Notes: generated from the letters alone by a model not told the origin. Numbered from the stretch's first letter, positions 18,369 through 27,002 are shown. The stretch: 48,578 nucleotides of DNA from Alphaproteobacteria bacterium (GCA_029936875.1 JAPYRS010000002.1:1-48578); one strand, 5' to 3'. Program-made: numbers and translations.

Positions 18369-18677
18369 ATGACCAATTACATTATCGCATATCACAGCGC
18401 GACAATGCCGGAGAGTCAGGAAGCCGGGCAAAAACAGAGGGCCGATTGAATGGCCTGGGTTGAGGGCCTCGGCGATGCTGTCGTCAATCGCGGATATGGA
18501 ATCATGAAAAGCCAGGCGATTGATGCCAATGGCGACACCGACAATCGCAAGCTCGCCGACATGATGGGATTTACAATTGTCACTCCAGATAATATGGACG
18601 CGGTGATGGGAATGGCACGGTCTTGCCCGTTCCTTGAAATGGGCACATGCGAAGTCGCCGAAACAATGCAGATGTAA
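18369..18677 (+). pseudogene. Small alpha/beta protein of the type found in ArsR-SRPBCC clusters, interrupted by an in-frame TGA at 18447..18449
   Basis: AAGGGAG SD 8 nt before the ATG at 18369. 26 codons, then TGA, then directly in frame ATG 18450..18677 (track ORF). The joined reading ...QKQRAD[TGA]MAWVEGLGDAV... looks like one domain. Confidence 0.6.
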
Positions 18678-18711
18678 TTAGCCGCGGGCATTGAGGCCAG
18701 AAGGAACCATC

Positions 18712-19167
18712 ATGCTTGATCCGCTGATCAGCACGATCGACGTTCCCTGCAGCCAGGAAAAAGCATTCGCCGTATTTGTCGAAGACGTGCCGACCTGGTG
18801 GCCGCTTGATAAGCGTTCAATCTCGATGCTCGCCGGGCATCCCGCCAAGTCCCTCAGCATCGAGGCTAAACAAGGCGGCAGGATTATCGAGATCGGCCAT
18901 GATGATACCGAGCATCACTGGGGAACCATCAAGGAATACGATCCGCATAGCTGGATCAGTATGGATTTTCACATGGGCCTGCCGGCGGACACGGCGAGCC
19001 TGGTCGAGGTGCAATTCACGGTACTCGCCGATGACCGCACGCGGGTGGAACTCACGCAAAGCAATTGGGAAGCGTTCGGCGACCTCGCCGAGATGATGCG
19101 CGGCGGCTACGGCAGCGGCTGGGTGATTATTTTCGAAGAGTCGTACATGTCTGCTTGTGGCAGCTGA
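18712..19167 (+). CDS. SRPBCC domain protein (Aha1/START-like)
   Basis: ORF trimmed to the ATG at 18712 (AGAAGGAA upstream). Typical N-terminus with PLISTIDVPCSQEKAFAVF...WWP. Usual partner of ArsR regulators. Confidence 0.8.
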   Translation: MLDPLISTIDVPCSQEKAFAVFVEDVPTWWPLDKRSISMLAGHPAKSLSIEAKQGGRIIEIGHDDTEHHWGTIKEYDPHSWISMDFHMGLPADTASLVEVQFTVLADDRTRVELTQSNWEAFGDLAEMMRGGYGSGWVIIFEESYMSACGS

Positions 19168-19218
19168 GCCGCCCGAGCCGCTTGTAGCGGTTGAGACTCA
19201 TTCAAAGATTTGGGGAAA

Positions 19219-19305
19219 TGGTGCCCCTGGAGAGACTCGAACTCCCACGTCCATAAGAACAACAGATTTTGAATCTGTCGCGTCTACCAGTTCCGCCACA
19301 GGGGC
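19219..19305 (-). tRNA. tRNA-Leu (anticodon CAA), CCA encoded
   Basis: Reverse complement reads GCCCCTGTGGCGGAACTGGTAGACGCGACAGATTCAAAATCTGT...GGGAGTTCGAGTCTCTCCAGGGGCACCA. It has a 7-bp acceptor stem, anticodon loop TTCAAAA, a long variable arm and a GTTCGAGTC T-loop. Confidence 0.9.
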
Positions 19306-19488
19306 ACATGTGCGAACCCGGCCCAAATTCGGGGCCAAGTCCGGCGCATACTAGTGGCGAAGTCTCGGGCGTCAACCATTAGCCCAGACGCTTTCAAATC
19401 CTTTATGCGGGCAAAAGCCTGCCGTGGCGCGGCCTCACCGTTTCTCTATAATGGCGGAAATTGCTATTGCACCGACAGAGACCGGATT

Positions 19489-20070
19489 TTGATTAGACGA
19501 CTTTACGACTGGACGATGGGCCTGGCCGCGCGGAAGAACGCGCTCGGCGTGCTCGCGATCGTCTCGTTTGCCGAGAGTTCGGTATTTCCGATCCCGCCTG
19601 ATGTGCTGATTATCCCGATGGTGCTGGCGAAGCGCGCACGCGCGTGGCTTATCGCCGGGGTCTGCACGATCTCATCGGTGCTCGGCGGAATCGCCGGATA
19701 CGCAATCGGCTTTTATCTGTTCGATACCTTCGGTAGCGCGATCGTTGAATTCTACGGCTACGGCCACGCCTTTGAGACGTTCCGTGGCTGGTACGGCGAC
19801 TGGGGGTTGTGGATCGTCTTTGCCGCCGGAATAACGCCGCTGCCTTACAAGGTTTTCACGATTGCAAGCGGCGTCGCCGCCCTCGACCCGATGATTTTTA
19901 TTCTCGGCTCGGTCGCCTCACGCGGGCTACGTTTTTATGCCGTGGCCGGCCTGCTCTATTGGATCGGCGAGCCGATCCGGATATTTGTGGAGCGTCATCT
20001 GCAATGGGTCGCGGCGGCATTCGCCGTCATTTTGGTTGGCGGCTTCGCCGTCATTCGGTTTGCGGCATAG
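19489..20070 (+). CDS. YqaA/DedA-related (VTT domain) inner membrane protein
   Basis: Conserved N-terminus (M)IRRLYDWTMGLA...SFAESSVFPIPPDVLIIPM begins at the TTG at 19489. The ATG at 19516 is an alternative. The upstream part of track ORF 19354.. is not coding-like. Confidence 0.75.
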   Translation: MIRRLYDWTMGLAARKNALGVLAIVSFAESSVFPIPPDVLIIPMVLAKRARAWLIAGVCTISSVLGGIAGYAIGFYLFDTFGSAIVEFYGYGHAFETFRGWYGDWGLWIVFAAGITPLPYKVFTIASGVAALDPMIFILGSVASRGLRFYAVAGLLYWIGEPIRIFVERHLQWVAAAFAVILVGGFAVIRFAA

Positions 20071-20089
20071 GCTAATGGCAATTTAGATC

Positions 20090-20623
20090 ATGGCAAACAC
20101 ATCGATTTCCCCTAGCGCGGCAATGCGGTTTGTGTTCGTTTTGAGCATTGTGATTCTCGGTTCGGCGATGCTGTCGCAATACGTCGGCGGACTTAAACCC
20201 TGCACGCTGTGCATCTATCAGCGCGTCCCCTACGGATTTACGATCGCACTTGGATTGCTCGCGCTGGTGTCGGGGCGGGTGATGGCGCCGCCGCGGCTTC
20301 GCGCTCAGTCAAAGCGGCTTTTATACCTGTCGGCGCTGATATTTTTGGCCGGCGGCGGCATTGCCGGCTTTCATGTCGGCGTCGAAGAAGGCTGGTGGGA
20401 ATTTGCGAGCGCCTGCACGTCCGGGAGCAGCGAAGGCCTGACGCCGGAAGAGCTGCGTAAACAATTACTGTCGACGCCGGTCGTCCGCTGCGACGAAATT
20501 CAATGGTCGATGTTCGGGATCTCGATGGCCGGTTATAATTTCTTCGTCTCGACCGGCCTCGCGCTGATCACATACATGTTGGCGCGGATGATTGGCGCGG
20601 TCCGTTCAAACTTGGCACCGTAA
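20090..20623 (+). CDS. dsbB: Disulfide bond formation protein B family
   Basis: 4-TM protein with the CTLCIYQR CxxC motif in the first periplasmic loop and a second Cys pair (C...C) in loop 2. Confidence 0.8.
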   Translation: MANTSISPSAAMRFVFVLSIVILGSAMLSQYVGGLKPCTLCIYQRVPYGFTIALGLLALVSGRVMAPPRLRAQSKRLLYLSALIFLAGGGIAGFHVGVEEGWWEFASACTSGSSEGLTPEELRKQLLSTPVVRCDEIQWSMFGISMAGYNFFVSTGLALITYMLARMIGAVRSNLAP

Positions 20624-20624
20624 G

Positions 20625-21212
20625 ATGACTGACAACCAAGACCACGATGCCGGGGACGAAAACGTACCACGACCGCGGCAGCGCCTCCCCGGTGACCCCA
20701 CCCACGAAGAGATGATCGCCCGCATCATCCGTGTCGATCATGCCGGTGAGGCGGGCGCGAACCGTATCTACGCAGGCCAGCTTGCGGTTCTGGGCAAAAG
20801 CGCAGCCGGCGACATCATTCGCCACATGGTCGCACAGGAAGCCGAACACTTCGAACAATTCGATCAGCTTCTGCGCGACCGACAGGTGCGACCGACGTTG
20901 CTGTCACCGTTCTGGCATGTCGCCGGATTTGCGCTTGGCGCCGGCACGGCGCTGCTCGGCAAGAATGCGGCGATGGTCTGCACGGCCGCGGTCGAAGAGG
21001 CGATCGACGAACATTACCGGGGTCAGGTCGAATATCTCGGCGAGGACGAACCGGAACTGCGAGAAACAATTCTCGCCGCCAACGCCGATGAAATTGAACA
21101 TCGCGACACCGCCCGCGCCGAGGGCGCAAATTCCAGCGGTGCCTACGCGCCGCTATCAACTGCGATCAAGGCAGGCACCAAACTTGCCATCTGGTTCTCA
21201 GAGCGAGTTTAA
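20625..21212 (+). CDS. coq7: Demethoxyubiquinone hydroxylase (Coq7 family di-iron protein)
   Basis: IIRVDHAGEAGANRIYAGQ plus two ExxH motifs (EAEH, EIEH). The ATG at 20625 lies 1 nt after the dsbB stop. Confidence 0.85.
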   Translation: MTDNQDHDAGDENVPRPRQRLPGDPTHEEMIARIIRVDHAGEAGANRIYAGQLAVLGKSAAGDIIRHMVAQEAEHFEQFDQLLRDRQVRPTLLSPFWHVAGFALGAGTALLGKNAAMVCTAAVEEAIDEHYRGQVEYLGEDEPELRETILAANADEIEHRDTARAEGANSSGAYAPLSTAIKAGTKLAIWFSERV

Positions 21213-21286
21213 AAAGCGTTTTCAGAGCGGGTTTAAGAAGCGTTCTCGGAGCGAGCGTTGCGGCAGGGGCGCGCCGAAAATCAAGA

Positions 21287-21838
21287 CTAGGGTTCGAGTT
21301 CGGTATCCCAATAGAGAAAATCGCGCCAACTATCGTGCAGAAAATTTGGCGGAAAGCTGCGCCCATTGCGGTGCAACTGGGTGACGCTCGGCACCACCGG
21401 ATGCTGGGACGGAATCATGCCGGCCTCTTTCGCCAACCGGCCGCCCTTGGTGAGATTGCAGGTCGAACAGGCCGTCACAACATTTTCCCATGTCGTCCGC
21501 CCGCCGAGCGAGCGCGGAATTAAATGATCAAAGGTGAGCTCGCTGCCGTCGCCGCAATAAACGCATTCAAAACGATCCCGCAGGAAAACATTGAAGCGTG
21601 TAAAGGCCGGCCGCCGCGCCGGTGTCACGTAGCGCCGAAGCGCGACAACACTTGGCAGCCGCATTTCGAACGACGGCGAGTGAACTTTTGTATCGTACTC
21701 GGAGACGATATCGACCCGGTCGAGGAAGGCAGCCTTCACCGCGTCCTGCCACCCCCATAGCGACAGCGGGAAGTAGCTGAGCGGTCGATAGTCGGCGTTA
21801 AGAACAAGCGCCGGACAGGATTGAGCGAAAGCCAACAA
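21287..21838 (-). CDS. HNH endonuclease family protein
   Basis: CVYCG...TFDHLIPRSLGG...WENVVTACSTCN HNH/zinc motif. The conserved core starts near ALVLNADYRPLSY. Only TTG codons (21838/21835) with GGGGA upstream are available as a start. The upstream 300 nt of the track ORF is not coding-like. Confidence 0.75.
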   Translation of the reverse strand: MLAFAQSCPALVLNADYRPLSYFPLSLWGWQDAVKAAFLDRVDIVSEYDTKVHSPSFEMRLPSVVALRRYVTPARRPAFTRFNVFLRDRFECVYCGDGSELTFDHLIPRSLGGRTTWENVVTACSTCNLTKGGRLAKEAGMIPSQHPVVPSVTQLHRNGRSFPPNFLHDSWRDFLYWDTELEP

Positions 21839-22050
21839 TTCAATTCCCCGAAAGAACCCTCTTCCACAATCGGGCGACAGTTTCCCGTGGGGATCACAAC
21901 CTGTCAACCGCAGCGAGCAGCCCGGCGAGCAGCCCGGCAAACGGCACAGGGAGCGGCATTGGGATTTGACCTGTGGTGTTGTCGGAAATCCGAGCGCGGC
22001 GTAAATTGGCCCGATCGAATAACAAGAGCGGCGAACAACAGGAGCGGCGC

Positions 22051-22794
22051 ATGGAACACGAAACAATTCGCGGGCGAATTCTCTACACATCGAAAAAGAA
22101 AGAAAAGCTGGACCAGGATCGCGGCGGCGAGACATTCATTTACACCAAGCATCTCGACGACAGCCGAACGCTTCGAGCGCATTGTTCGATTGATGAAAAT
22201 TCGCCGCGCGTGCTTCGCGACTCAATTACCAATCTCGACAAGGACTGGTATCCGACCGGTGGTTTTGTCCAGATTACTGTCGATGAGGAATTGGTCGGCT
22301 CATCCTGGTACCGGTTTTATGGCACGTCCGCCGAGGCAGAGGGCTTCACGGTCGACGGCGGGCGTTTTTCAGAAAAGCTTGAGTTGGACGAGCGGCCCGC
22401 TTTTTTCGGCACCCACCCAATTCAGGCGGACGCCATGCATACCCACACCTATGACCTCTCAAAAGGTCCTGGGCGGCAGGAAATTCCGATGTTTTTGATG
22501 TGTTCCAACCATCACCGCGGCGCCGACGGGCCGGTGCTTTTGAAGCGCGATGGATTGGTCATGAATTTCATCGGCAAAGAAAAGATCACCGTTGCAGCGG
22601 GCACGTTCGACGCGCTCCATTTTCGTTTCGGCGATAATACCGATGATGATTACCAGGGATCCGACATCCACCCGCCCTATCATTCATGGGTAACGGCGGA
22701 CGGCGACTATGTGCTTTTGAAGGCCCACTGCACCGGCTACATGCAGACCTATTACGAACTGACGGAATACGAAAAACGCGTAAATTATTTTTGA
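22051..22794 (+). CDS. Hypothetical protein (no signal peptide, beta-rich)
   Basis: ATG at 22051 preceded by AGGAG. 247 aa with coding-like composition. Family not recognised. Confidence 0.6.
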   Translation: MEHETIRGRILYTSKKKEKLDQDRGGETFIYTKHLDDSRTLRAHCSIDENSPRVLRDSITNLDKDWYPTGGFVQITVDEELVGSSWYRFYGTSAEAEGFTVDGGRFSEKLELDERPAFFGTHPIQADAMHTHTYDLSKGPGRQEIPMFLMCSNHHRGADGPVLLKRDGLVMNFIGKEKITVAAGTFDALHFRFGDNTDDDYQGSDIHPPYHSWVTADGDYVLLKAHCTGYMQTYYELTEYEKRVNYF

Positions 22795-22814
22795 AGCGTG
22801 GGCGGGTTTTCGAA

Positions 22815-23483
22815 TCAGGCGTGAAAATTCTTTACGAGAAATTCTTTTGCGTAATTGAGGCCGGCTTCGTCGATTGAATGGGGGAGTTCCGGCCTGATAT
22901 GGGATTCGACGTTGAGGCCGGCGGTCAGCAACGACGACACCGCCTCATAATGCGAATCAACCGGCCCGATCGGGTCGGCGTCGCCGTGGATTAAAAGCAG
23001 CGGCGGCTTCGACGTCATCTCACTGGCGAGCGATGCGGGATCCACCAACGATCCCGAAAATCCGACCACCGCGGCAACCGCTTTGGGACGCCGCAGCGCA
23101 ACGTGAAGCGACATCATGGTGCCTTGGCTAAAACCAACGAGAGCAAGCGCCTCTTCGTCGAGGCCATTACGCGCAAGTTCGGTATCGATAAAGGCGTTCA
23201 ATATTGGTGCCGCAGTATCGACCCCGGCCCGAACCGACTCGGGTGTCTGTTCCTGAAACGAAAACCACTGGTACCCCACCGGCGCCATGTCACAGGCGAA
23301 AGGTGCATGCGGTGAAACAAAGGTCGCGTCCGGCAGGACAGCGGCAAATTGCGGAGCGAGTGCAAACAAATCGTTCCCATCAGCGCCCAAACCGTGCAGC
23401 AATATGACAAGCTGTTTTGCCGCCGCGCCCGATTGCGGGTGCAGGCGCGGGCCGTCAAACGTTGGAATTTCATTTTCAGACAT
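22815..23483 (-). CDS. Phospholipase/carboxylesterase family alpha/beta hydrolase
   Basis: LLHGLGADG, nucleophile elbow GFSQG, HGDAD and H near the C-terminus. 222 aa. Confidence 0.8.
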   Translation of the reverse strand: MSENEIPTFDGPRLHPQSGAAAKQLVILLHGLGADGNDLFALAPQFAAVLPDATFVSPHAPFACDMAPVGYQWFSFQEQTPESVRAGVDTAAPILNAFIDTELARNGLDEEALALVGFSQGTMMSLHVALRRPKAVAAVVGFSGSLVDPASLASEMTSKPPLLLIHGDADPIGPVDSHYEAVSSLLTAGLNVESHIRPELPHSIDEAGLNYAKEFLVKNFHA

Positions 23484-23546
23484 GAAGCAACTAACCCTGT
23501 TTCTTGATCGGTCGAGACGTAGGGCGAATTAGTATTGAGCGCAACC

Positions 23547-24518
23547 ATGGAAAATAAGAATCTTGTGACGAGACGGTATGCGTCGAGCCCGACGACACGG
23601 TTTGCGCCGAGCCCGACCGGGCGGCTTCATCTCGGGCACGCTTATAGTGCGCTGTTTGCCGAAGACGCAGCACGGCGGGAGGGTGGTCGGTTTTTGTTGC
23701 GTATGGAAGATATCGATGCGTCCCGCTGCCGGCCGGAATTCGCAGACGGCATCCTCGAAGACCTGCGATGGCTCGGCGTGAAATGGGACGGCGACATCCG
23801 CTATCAGTCAGATCATTTCGACGCCTACGCGAACGCGCTCGACAAACTCGAGAAACTTGGCCTGCTCTACCCGTGTTTTTGCTCACGAAAGGAAATCGCT
23901 GCCGAAATCGCAGGCAGCCGCTCGGCGCCACATCTTGAAATGAGTCGGTCCGCGCCGCATGCGGCCCCGCAGCTGAATGACACCAACTATATGAACTTTG
24001 GCCCGGATGGCCCGGTCTATCCCGGCACCTGTCGCGACCTGACGGCCGATGACGTGAAGGCGCGAAAGGCGGAAGGCAAATCCTACGCGCTTCGCCTCCG
24101 GATGGACCTCGGCATCCGTGCTGCGACCGAAATGTCCGGCGGCAAGCTCAGCTTTCAGGATCTGGAACAGGGAACGGTTATCGTCGACCCCCTGCCCTTT
24201 GGTGACGTCGTGCTCGCCCGCAAAGACACACCGACCTCCTATCATCTTGCCGTCACCGTCGATGACGCCGTGCAGGAGATAAATCTGATCACGCGCGGGC
24301 TCGATCTATTTTCGGCGACGCACGTTCATCGTCTTCTTCAGGCGGTATTGGACTTGCCGGTGCCAAATTATCACCACCACAAACTGATATTGGGCGATGA
24401 CGGTAGACGGCTCGCAACCCGGTTCAAGGCCGCGACACTCGATGTGTTGAGAGCAGGTGGAAAATCCGCCGCCCAGATCCGGGACGAACTCGGCTTTGCG
24501 CCGTCAGGCGAGTCCTAG
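23547..24518 (+). CDS. gluQ: tRNA glutamyl-Q(34) synthetase GluQRS
   Basis: RFAPSPTGRLHLGHAYSAL (HIGH-type motif), class I Glu-RS catalytic-domain-only length, YPGTCR. ATG at 23547 (track start 23535 is TTG). Confidence 0.85.
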   Translation: MENKNLVTRRYASSPTTRFAPSPTGRLHLGHAYSALFAEDAARREGGRFLLRMEDIDASRCRPEFADGILEDLRWLGVKWDGDIRYQSDHFDAYANALDKLEKLGLLYPCFCSRKEIAAEIAGSRSAPHLEMSRSAPHAAPQLNDTNYMNFGPDGPVYPGTCRDLTADDVKARKAEGKSYALRLRMDLGIRAATEMSGGKLSFQDLEQGTVIVDPLPFGDVVLARKDTPTSYHLAVTVDDAVQEINLITRGLDLFSATHVHRLLQAVLDLPVPNYHHHKLILGDDGRRLATRFKAATLDVLRAGGKSAAQIRDELGFAPSGES

Positions 24519-25798
24519 TTGCCGCCTGGTGGAATGCTGTCAGCGGCTGGCGTGGCGGGTGCCCGACTGAAGGCCGGACGCAATCCGACCAAAATCAGAT
24601 AGATGATGATCGATGAAAGCGTAATCGACGACGAAATAATAACCATTGCGCTTTGGGTGCCGTCGTCAATCAACGACATCAACTGAATCGTGCCGAAGGA
24701 TGTCGCCATCTGCACAAAACCAAATAAGGCGGCACCGGCTCCGGCGATTTCCGGATAGACGCTGATCGCGCCGGCCATTGAACTTGGAAACAGGATGGCC
24801 ACGCCAAACGCCATCACCGTAATCGGGATGTAGAGCGCCAATATGCTGGGGTCCGACCCGAGGTTGAAAACCGCTAGGCCGACTGCCGAGATGGAGACGA
24901 TGACAACGCCGACCGGAACCATGCGGTCGAGGCCAATGATGCCAGACAAGCGGCTCGCGACCACGGAACCGGAGACAAAGCCGAAAATTGGGATGGCCGA
25001 GAGCAACCCAAATTCGGTCGGCGAATAGTCGAGCATGTCGATAACGATGAACGGAACGCCGGCCATGAACGCAAACATGCCGCCGAATACAGCCGAGCCG
25101 GTCCAGACATAGCCATGAAAGGCGCGGGATTTAAGCAGCCGCCCGAAGCTTGTCAGCAGTTGCGAAAAACCGCTTTCCGTACTGGTGCCAATAAATTTGT
25201 TGGTTTCCGGCAGGCGCATCGCCGAAACCACTAAAATAATGACAGAAAATACCACGACCAGTGCAAACGATGCCTGCCACCCGTACCAGGTTTCGAGGAA
25301 CCCGCCCATTAGCGGGGCCATTGCTGGCGCCGTGCCAATTGCAATGCCGACATAGGCCATGACTTTGACCGCATCTTCCCGCCCGTAAACGTCGCGGACG
25401 ACGGCGCGGCCAATGATCGGACCTGCGCAAGCGCCGAGGCCCTGAATGAAGCGCATGGTGATGAGCATTTCGATCGACGTCGAAAATGTCGCGACAATTG
25501 ACGCCACCACAAAAATGCTAAGCCCAAGGATCAGCAGCGGCCGGCGGCCATAGCGATCAGAAAGCGGGCCATAGACCAGCTGGGCGAAGGCAAAGGCCAG
25601 CATATAAACGCTGATCGTTGTCAAGATCGCCGCAGAGTCGGTGCCGAAATAGTCGGCCATCGCTGGCATCGACGGGCTGTAGATGTTGGTCGCGACGTGA
25701 CCGAGCGCAATCAGGCCGGCAATAAAGAAGACGAAGACAGCGGGGTGAAATGGAAGTTTCGTAGATGGAGGCATATTCGGTGACATATTCGGTGGCAT
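24515..25798 (-). CDS. MFS transporter, Bcr/CflA drug-resistance subfamily
   Basis: 12-TM MFS layout with GPLSDRYGRRP motif A. Three in-frame ATGs at 25798/25786/25774. Confidence 0.85.
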   Translation of the reverse strand: MPPNMSPNMPPSTKLPFHPAVFVFFIAGLIALGHVATNIYSPSMPAMADYFGTDSAAILTTISVYMLAFAFAQLVYGPLSDRYGRRPLLILGLSIFVVASIVATFSTSIEMLITMRFIQGLGACAGPIIGRAVVRDVYGREDAVKVMAYVGIAIGTAPAMAPLMGGFLETWYGWQASFALVVVFSVIILVVSAMRLPETNKFIGTSTESGFSQLLTSFGRLLKSRAFHGYVWTGSAVFGGMFAFMAGVPFIVIDMLDYSPTEFGLLSAIPIFGFVSGSVVASRLSGIIGLDRMVPVGVVIVSISAVGLAVFNLGSDPSILALYIPITVMAFGVAILFPSSMAGAISVYPEIAGAGAALFGFVQMATSFGTIQLMSLIDDGTQSAMVIISSSITLSSIIIYLILVGLRPAFSRAPATPAADSIPPGGN

Positions 25799-26138
25799 GT
25801 TCGGTCGGAATGGCAGGGGTGATGTACTGCGCGCAGGGGCGCCGCAATCAGCTACGTTCCTTTGACAAAGGGGAGGCCCATTTGGAGCCGATACCTCATT
25901 CTAAACCGATACGGTTAATCTGCAAAGAACGGGGGGTTATTGGGGAATATAGGGAGCAAAGGTTAAGGAATTTCGGGGCCGTGGCTGGAGAAATTGCAGC
26001 AGTGCCGGGCCATCGAGGCCCACCGCCACATTTCAATTGTCGCGAACCATGCGGCGATCCATTATGAAGGCGCGCCAATTGGCATCGTTGTAGGCGCTCG
26101 AACGACATACACCCTTTTGGCGAAAGACAGGCAATCCC

Positions 26139-26336
26139 ATCGTTACCATCCTTCCCTATCTGATTGGCGTCGCGCTGTTTTCCGTCATTGCTGTTCTGGC
26201 GATGGGCCTGGTGTCGATGGTCCGCGGTGGTGATTTCAATAAGAAATACGGAAACCGGCTGATGCAGGCACGGATCGCGACCCAGGCGATCACCGTCCTT
26301 CTGCTGATCTTGTTCTATTTCGTGCGAGAGGGCTGA
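26139..26336 (+). CDS. Twin-transmembrane-helix small protein (HIG1 domain-like); start codon unresolved
   Basis: Frame ending at TGA 26334..26336 reads ...IVTILPYLIGVALFSVIAVLAMGLVSMVRGGDFNKKYGNRLMQARIATQAITVLLLILFYFVREG. There is no ATG/GTG/TTG between the upstream in-frame TAG (26091) and the first helix. The first in-frame ATG (26202) would delete helix 1. Confidence 0.5.
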   Translation: MVTILPYLIGVALFSVIAVLAMGLVSMVRGGDFNKKYGNRLMQARIATQAITVLLLILFYFVREG

Positions 26337-26917
26337 TGGTCAAACTCGACCGCATCTACACCCGCGGCGGCGACAAGGGCGAAACCTCCGTGTCCGGCGG
26401 CGGGCGGCTTGCCAAGGACTCAGCCCGGATCGAGGCGATTGGCGATATCGACGAAACCAATGCGATGATTGGTCTCGCGCGTATTCACTCGAAAGAACTC
26501 GCTCAATACCATGAGACCGCTGAACCGGACGCCATGCTTGGCCGCATCCAGGATGATCTTTTTGATCTCGGCGCCGACCTCGCCAGCCCCGACATGAAAT
26601 CGGACGGCGCGCTTCGCATAGTCGAGACGCAGGTGATCCGGCTCGAGAACGAAATTGACGCCCTTAATGAGAACCTCGCCCCCCTAACCTCATTCATTTT
26701 GCCGGGGGGATCGGAGGCGTCTGCGGCGCTCCATGCGGCGCGCACCGTCTGCCGCCGGGCTGAACGCCGAGTGGTCACGCTCGGTAAGACTGAAGCCCTC
26801 AACCCGGCTGCGCTTAAATACATCAACCGGTTGTCCGACCATTTGTTCGTTCTCGCTCGGCATCTGAATGGGGACGGGAAGGCCGATATCCTCTGGCGAC
26901 CGGGCGCAAACCGTTGA
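26336..26917 (+). CDS. ATP:cob(I)alamin adenosyltransferase, PduO type
   Basis: MVKLDRIYTRGGDKGETS N-terminus and helical-bundle length (193 aa). Confidence 0.85.
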   Translation: MVKLDRIYTRGGDKGETSVSGGGRLAKDSARIEAIGDIDETNAMIGLARIHSKELAQYHETAEPDAMLGRIQDDLFDLGADLASPDMKSDGALRIVETQVIRLENEIDALNENLAPLTSFILPGGSEASAALHAARTVCRRAERRVVTLGKTEALNPAALKYINRLSDHLFVLARHLNGDGKADILWRPGANR

Positions 26918-26958
26918 TTTAGGCGACCTTAAACGCGCTGATACCGCACCTCAGCACC

Positions 26959-27002
26959 GCGTTGACACTGCGTTGACGCCGCGTTGAAACCGCGTTGACA
27001 CC
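26959..27002. repeat. 4 x 11-bp tandem repeat (C/T)GCGTTGA(C/A)(A/G)C
   Basis: GCGTTGAC at 26959, 26970, 26992 and GCGTTGAA at 26981, an exact 11-nt period. Confidence 0.8.

Noticed and set aside
18447-18449. TGA recoded as Trp (alternative genetic code) or as selenocysteine.
   Set aside because: TGA clearly terminates neighbouring genes (etfB at 27857..27859, the SRPBCC gene at 19165..19167, lysA and others). No SECIS-like hairpin follows the codon, and the expected residue is Trp rather than Cys/Sec.
19168-19488. Genomic island or integrase adjacent to tRNA-Leu.
   Set aside because: No integrase, no tRNA 3'-end direct repeat and no compositional shift. The tRNA is flanked directly by housekeeping-type genes.
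21839-22135. N-terminal 99 codons of the HNH ORF (21287..22135), and the minus-strand ORF 21904..22182.
   Set aside because: The translation is Cys/Arg/Pro-rich and not protein-like, and it overlaps the divergent promoter and 5' end of the 22051 gene. The conserved HNH-family core begins near 21830.
23880-23990. Insertion with a duplicated SRSAPH peptide in GluQRS as a possible mobile insertion or intein.
   Set aside because: It is far too short for an intein and has no flanking repeats at the DNA level beyond the imperfect duplication. It is most likely a lineage-specific loop expansion.
26959-27002. Short tandem arrays (here and at 17878, 21195, 41691, 39098) as CRISPR arrays.
   Set aside because: The units are directly adjacent or separated by 8 nt or less, the periods are only 11-26 bp with no unique spacers, and no cas genes are present.
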